Below are positions 60,202-64,000 of a DNA stretch of 64,000 nt, in pieces. A program made the position numbers and the translations under genes. This DNA comes from an uncultured Gammaproteobacteria bacterium (GTDB lineage Bacteria > Patescibacteriota > Microgenomatia > Levybacterales > GWA1-39-11). The DNA is taken from contig CAZXND010000002.1 of the NCBI GenBank assembly GCA_964641355.1, positions 143,112-207,111 of the forward strand, written 5' to 3'. Positions within the stretch are counted from its first letter, which is position 1; every line of letters starts with the position of its first letter. The notes under the pieces are model-generated. The model worked only from the letters and a program-made list of their open reading frames with translations, was not told the DNA's origin and ran no database searches.

Positions 60202-60275
60202 GCCCTCGTCGTCTAGTGGCCTAGGATATCTGGTTCTCATCCAGAAGATCACCGGTTCAAATCCGGTCGGGGGCA
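60202..60275 (+). tRNA. tRNA-Glu (anticodon CTC); CCA not encoded
   Basis: Acceptor stem GCCCTCG/CGGGGGC, D arm TCTAGTGGCCTAGGA, anticodon arm TCTGG-TTCTCAT-CCAGA, T arm ACCGG-TTCAAAT-CCGGT; followed by A-CAA. Confidence 0.93.
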
Positions 60276-60287
60276 CAATAAATATAA

Positions 60288-62684
60288 TTATTCTGCGGGA
60301 GTTGGACGAAGAGAAGTGAGGTTTTCCTTTGTATGTAACTCCCCTTTCATTTCTTGAAATCCTGGAATAGGCTTTGTAAGAGCAACTCTTAGTACATCAT
60401 CCATGTGCTCAGCAAAAACAAAACGCAAATCCTTAGTAACTTCTTGTGGAATCTCTTCAAGATCTTTTCTATTCTCTTTTGGAAGAATTATTGTTTTCAA
60501 ACCGGCTCTATGAGCTGCAATAACTTTTTCTTTTACTCCACCTATTTCAAGAACTCTTCCTCTAAGAGTTATTTCTCCAGTCATTCCAACTAGATGATTA
60601 ACTGATATTTTAGTGAAAGCGGAAACCAAAGCCGTTGTTATAGCAGCACCAGCTGATGGTCCATCTTTTGGAACCGCCCCTTCAGGAACATGAATGTGTA
60701 CATCAACTTTGTTATAAAAATTCTCATTTAATCCCAATTTCTTAGCTCGAGATCTTATATATGACATTGCAGCTTGTGCACTCTCCTTCATTACATCTCC
60801 AAGTTGCCCTGTTAAAATTAACTGTCCCTTTCCAGACATAAAAGCTACTTCTATAAAGAGGATATCTCCCCCAGCTTCTGTCCAAGCTAGTCCTGTTGAA
60901 ATTCCAACATCATCCTTCTTCTCAGCAAGAGTTGAAGAGAATTTTTCAGGACCTAGATATTTAGCCGTGTTTTTTTCTGTAACAACTACCTTATCCTTAA
61001 TTCCTTCAGCTATCGCTTTTGCAACTTTTCTAAATATTCCTGTCATTTCACGCTCGAGGTTTCTAACTCCTGCCTCTCTTGTGTATCTTCGAATTATGTG
61101 ATGGAGAGCATCGTCCTTTATTTCAACATTTTCATCTTTAAGTCCATGTGCCTCAAGCTGTTTTTTAAGCAAGAAGTCTTTTCCGATATGGAATTTTTCA
61201 TCTTCTGTATATCCTGCAAAATGTATTATTTCGAGTCTATCACGAAGAGCTGGAGGTATAGTATCCAAAACATTTGCAGTGGTTATAAACATTACATCCG
61301 AAAGATCAAATGCAACATCTAAATAGTGGTCTGAGAATTTATCGTTCTGTTCGGGATCCAAAGCTTCAAGAAGCGCAGCAGAAGGATCTCCACGATAATC
61401 TGCACCTACCTTGTCAATTTCATCGAGCATAAAAACAGGATTTTTAGTACCAGCGTCTTTTATTCCTTGTATTATTCTTCCTGGGAGAGCTCCAACATAT
61501 GTTCTTCTATGTCCACGAATCTCAGCCTCATCTCTAATTCCACCTAAAGATATTTTGACAAATTTTCTACCCAAGGATTTTGCAATAGACTTTCCAATAG
61601 AAGTTTTTCCCACTCCTGGAGGTCCAACAAAACATAAAATTGGACCCTTCATTTTTCCTGCAAGCTTGTGAACTGCAAGATATTCAACTACTCGCTCTTT
61701 AGTTTTTTTCAAACCATAGTGTCCCTCATCAAGGATTTTTTCTGCATCTTTAATATTGATACTAGACTTCGTTTTTTTGCTCCAAGGAAGAGCAATTAGA
61801 GTTTCAATGTAGTTTCTTAGCCATCCCTGATCAGGACTGTAGGGTGAAGTAGATTCGAGCTTTTTAAGCTCTTTCATTGCTTTTTCCTCTACGTCTTTTG
61901 GCATTCCGGCTTTTTTAATTTTGTCAGCAAGCTCTTTAAATTCATTCCCTTCCTCAGATTGTCCAAGCTCTTTCTCAATAGTCTTTATTCTTTCTCTAAG
62001 TATTGCTTCTTTTGCGTTTTTCTCAAAAGATTCTTGAGTTTTTGCCGCAATTTTTCTCTCAAGCTCTAGAACTTTTACTTCTCTTGATAAGAATTCTGAT
62101 ATTTTCTCAAGCCTCTTTTTAATATCCAAGCTCTCAAGAATTTCTTGTCTCTCAGATCCTTTGATGTCAAGCGTAGATGCAATCTGATCAGCAAGCTCTC
62201 CAGGAGTAATCTCAGAAAGTATATTCATATAAACCAAAAAGTCGGCTTGCTTCCCAAGGCTTAAAGCTTTTTTAAACTCATTAACTAAGTGATTAGACAA
62301 AGCCTTAATATCCGCACTTTCATTAACGTCTTCATCTATCTCCTCCACTTTTGCCAAAAAATAGGAATCTTTTTCTTCATACGAAAGAATTTTTGCACGA
62401 GATAGACCTTTAACGAGAGCATTTACCTCCCCATCTGTCCTAATCATTCTTTCAATGTGGGAAACAGTACCCATTTTGTATAAATCATCAGCGGCTGGTT
62501 CGTTAATCCTGGGGTTCTTTTGTAGAACAAGACAAACTATTCCATCATCAGCATAAGCTGCCTCAAGTGCAGAAAGACTTTTTGGCCTTCCAAAAGTAAG
62601 TATAGATTCAGTGTGGGGAAAAACAATTCCGTCTCGGATGGGAATAATAGGTATAAGTCTGATTTTACTTTTGCTACTGATCAT
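60288..62684 (-). CDS. lon: ATP-dependent endopeptidase La (LonA)
   Basis: LON N-domain, Walker A GPPGVGKT, RGHRRTYVGALPG, LDEIDK, PKDGPSAG, TGEITLRG, GGVKEK. Confidence 0.97.
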   Translation of the reverse strand: MISSKSKIRLIPIIPIRDGIVFPHTESILTFGRPKSLSALEAAYADDGIVCLVLQKNPRINEPAADDLYKMGTVSHIERMIRTDGEVNALVKGLSRAKILSYEEKDSYFLAKVEEIDEDVNESADIKALSNHLVNEFKKALSLGKQADFLVYMNILSEITPGELADQIASTLDIKGSERQEILESLDIKKRLEKISEFLSREVKVLELERKIAAKTQESFEKNAKEAILRERIKTIEKELGQSEEGNEFKELADKIKKAGMPKDVEEKAMKELKKLESTSPYSPDQGWLRNYIETLIALPWSKKTKSSINIKDAEKILDEGHYGLKKTKERVVEYLAVHKLAGKMKGPILCFVGPPGVGKTSIGKSIAKSLGRKFVKISLGGIRDEAEIRGHRRTYVGALPGRIIQGIKDAGTKNPVFMLDEIDKVGADYRGDPSAALLEALDPEQNDKFSDHYLDVAFDLSDVMFITTANVLDTIPPALRDRLEIIHFAGYTEDEKFHIGKDFLLKKQLEAHGLKDENVEIKDDALHHIIRRYTREAGVRNLEREMTGIFRKVAKAIAEGIKDKVVVTEKNTAKYLGPEKFSSTLAEKKDDVGISTGLAWTEAGGDILFIEVAFMSGKGQLILTGQLGDVMKESAQAAMSYIRSRAKKLGLNENFYNKVDVHIHVPEGAVPKDGPSAGAAITTALVSAFTKISVNHLVGMTGEITLRGRVLEIGGVKEKVIAAHRAGLKTIILPKENRKDLEEIPQEVTKDLRFVFAEHMDDVLRVALTKPIPGFQEMKGELHTKENLTSLRPTPAE

Positions 62685-62691
62685 AGGTTAT

Positions 62692-62725
62692 TTAGCAGTC
62701 TAGCACAAGAGTTGCTAATTGTCAA
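62692..62725 (-). promoter_or_regulatory. lon promoter (TTGACA-N17-TAGACT, extended -10) overlapped by a CIRCE-like HrcA operator
   Basis: Minus strand reads TTGACA ATTAGCAACTCTTGTGC TAGACT GCTAAATAACCT ATG; 27-nt inverted repeat TTAGCAACT-N9-GACTGCTAA versus consensus TTAGCACTC-N9-GAGTGCTAA. Confidence 0.72.
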
Positions 62726-62809
62726 CGGTATCAAAATGTAACAATTTTAAAGCTAAAATGAATAAATTCAGCTAGAAGAAAAACAGTATAAGGAAAACAA
62801 AAGAACGAG

Positions 62810-63304
62810 TCAAGCCCTCCACAATATAAAAAGCCCCAGAACAACAACCGCCACTTGCCACACATCTGCTTTTCCCCAAATAAGAGCCTTATTATAGCGA
62901 CCATGCCAATGTAAAAGCTGATGAAAATCATTTTCAACTTTTATCACACCTCGTGGCTTAACTACCTTTATATATATAAGGCCATCCATTACATCTGGAA
63001 GTTGGGATCCTCCAATCGCAAATAATATATAGAGAAATTCTAACCCACCCCCAAGCTTGAAAAATGCTAATCCAAGAAAAATAATAAGACTCAGAAGTAG
63101 ATCAAAAACAATAACACCCCATACCTTCTTTTTATAATCCTTATGTTTAAAGAAATGTCCATGAGGTATAAAATCAGCAACATAATGAGAAACCACACCA
63201 GTAGCTCCGGCTATCAATAGTCCTTCGATTGGCCTGTCTGGAATAAGAGAATACGCTCCAACTCCTACAACCGCTCCAATTGCTGTGTGTCCAAAAGATA
63301 TCAT
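62810..63304 (-). CDS. Membrane protein, metal-dependent hydrolase-like (YdjM-like)
   Basis: H(6), SHYVADFIPH, GSQLPDVMD, FHQLLHWH; 4-5 TM segments. Confidence 0.55.
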   Translation of the reverse strand: MISFGHTAIGAVVGVGAYSLIPDRPIEGLLIAGATGVVSHYVADFIPHGHFFKHKDYKKKVWGVIVFDLLLSLIIFLGLAFFKLGGGLEFLYILFAIGGSQLPDVMDGLIYIKVVKPRGVIKVENDFHQLLHWHGRYNKALIWGKADVWQVAVVVLGLFILWRA

Positions 63305-63882
63305 TACTTTGAGAAAGATTTAGAAATAACTAATGAGATAAATGTAGCACCTAAGGTAATTATCCAGGCAATTCCGATAATTTTTGCAAATCCATGAATC
63401 CTATCCTCTACTTCCTTCAGAGATCTTCCTACCATAACATAACCCGACATAGTTTTATTTTTAAAGGGTACGGTTACTGTCGCGCTTCTTGCACCTTTTG
63501 CGGTTTGCCAAGTCACTCGATTTTCCCCATCATCCGAAGCTTTAATTGCACCCCTAGGAAAAGTCGGCTCCTCGCCATTTTCAACGGCTGTTGAGGCAAT
63601 AAGCTTTCCATCTTTATCAAAAACCATGATAAAGGCTGCAAGACTTTTATCTATATCTACTTTACTATCAAAAGCACCAGGATTGATACTGTTTCCAGCT
63701 GAAAGAGAATTAGCAGTGTCCTCTGCTAATTGAATTTGAGGATCGTTTGCCGCTTGTCGATAAGTCTGTTGAACTATTACATATATAAGAGCATAGGCAA
63801 GAGTTATCGCAACAAAAAAAGGGAAGAATGAAATAAAGATATTTTTAGAAGGAAATTTTAATTGATTTTTTCTTTTTGGCAT
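63304..63882 (-). CDS. Two-TM protein with an extracytoplasmic Cache/PAS-like domain and no cytoplasmic output domain
   Basis: TM, then QQTYRQAANDPQIQLA...FIMVFDKDGKLIAS...GYVMVGRSLKEVE, then TM followed by a stop; TGATATAAT-N9-ATG upstream. Confidence 0.55.
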   Translation of the reverse strand: MPKRKNQLKFPSKNIFISFFPFFVAITLAYALIYVIVQQTYRQAANDPQIQLAEDTANSLSAGNSINPGAFDSKVDIDKSLAAFIMVFDKDGKLIASTAVENGEEPTFPRGAIKASDDGENRVTWQTAKGARSATVTVPFKNKTMSGYVMVGRSLKEVEDRIHGFAKIIGIAWIITLGATFISLVISKSFSK

Positions 63883-63900
63883 TCTTTAATTATTATATCA

Positions 63901-64000
63901 TTAAAAAAATTTCTTTTTGGAGTTCCTAATCCAGATTAAAGCAAGTGATAATAAATAACTACCAACAAGAATAAAGATTACATATTTAGACACACCTAGA
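63901..64000 (-). CDS. C-terminus of a membrane protein running off the window
   Basis: Hand translation ...LGVSKYVIFILVGSYLLSLALIWIRNSKKKFF*, with TAA at 63903-63901. Confidence 0.45.
   Translation of the reverse strand, partial: LGVSKYVIFILVGSYLLSLALIWIRNSKKKFF

Noticed and set aside
60202-60275. tRNA-Glu as the integration site of a glycan genomic island
   Set aside because: No integrase and no duplicated tRNA 3' end were seen; the tRNA 3' side abuts lon, not the cluster.
222-63594. Dozens of short (60-110 aa) ORFs in the track, e.g. 222-407, 2085-2342, 12995-13297, 19364-19696, 31091-31414, 37643-37873, 61411-61671, 62731-62937
   Set aside because: They lie antisense to or nested within well-supported genes, have no recognisable motifs and are typical shadow ORFs.
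1-64000. CRISPR array, IS/transposase, prophage, diversity-generating retroelement or defence system
   Set aside because: No regularly spaced repeats, recombinase, reverse transcriptase or nuclease motifs were seen. Similarity among paralogues is at the protein-motif level rather than long exact DNA repeats (judged by eye only).
1-64000. Alternative genetic code (TGA read as Gly, as in Gracilibacteria/Absconditabacteria)
   Set aside because: Genes are full-length under code 11, and many end in TGA overlapping the next start.

Overview
AT-rich, very gene-dense bacterial DNA. The DUF5652- and DUF5667-like proteins, a PsbP-like domain, an archaeal-type cytidylate kinase and many leaderless-type promoters suggest a Patescibacteria/CPR genome, probably Microgenomates (inference). 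About 59 kb (1-58905) is one almost entirely minus-strand, translationally coupled surface-glycan locus. It encodes about 36 glycosyltransferases, of which 23 are multi-pass GT-C-fold membrane enzymes: 7 PMT/ArnT-like close paralogues, 4 other ArnT-like, 4 YfhO-like, 5 'PTPS-related', 2 MptA/B-like and 1 GT87-like. The rest are 10 GT2 (4 resembling polyprenol-phosphate-sugar synthases) and 3 GT4. The locus also has 2 Wzx-type flippases, GalE, a SAM methyltransferase and a four-gene 3,6-dideoxy-sugar module (4,6-dehydratase, ColD-type PLP 3-dehydratase, Fcl/ColC-like epimerase-reductase, cupin). I recognise no Wzy, Wzz, ABC exporter, initiating phosphoglycosyltransferase or GtrA in the window. 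The right end holds cmk, a small Cys/His protein, tRNA-Glu(CTC), lon with a CIRCE-like operator overlapping its sigma70 promoter, and small membrane proteins. No CRISPR array, IS element or prophage was seen. All family assignments come from motif recognition by eye; no database search was run.
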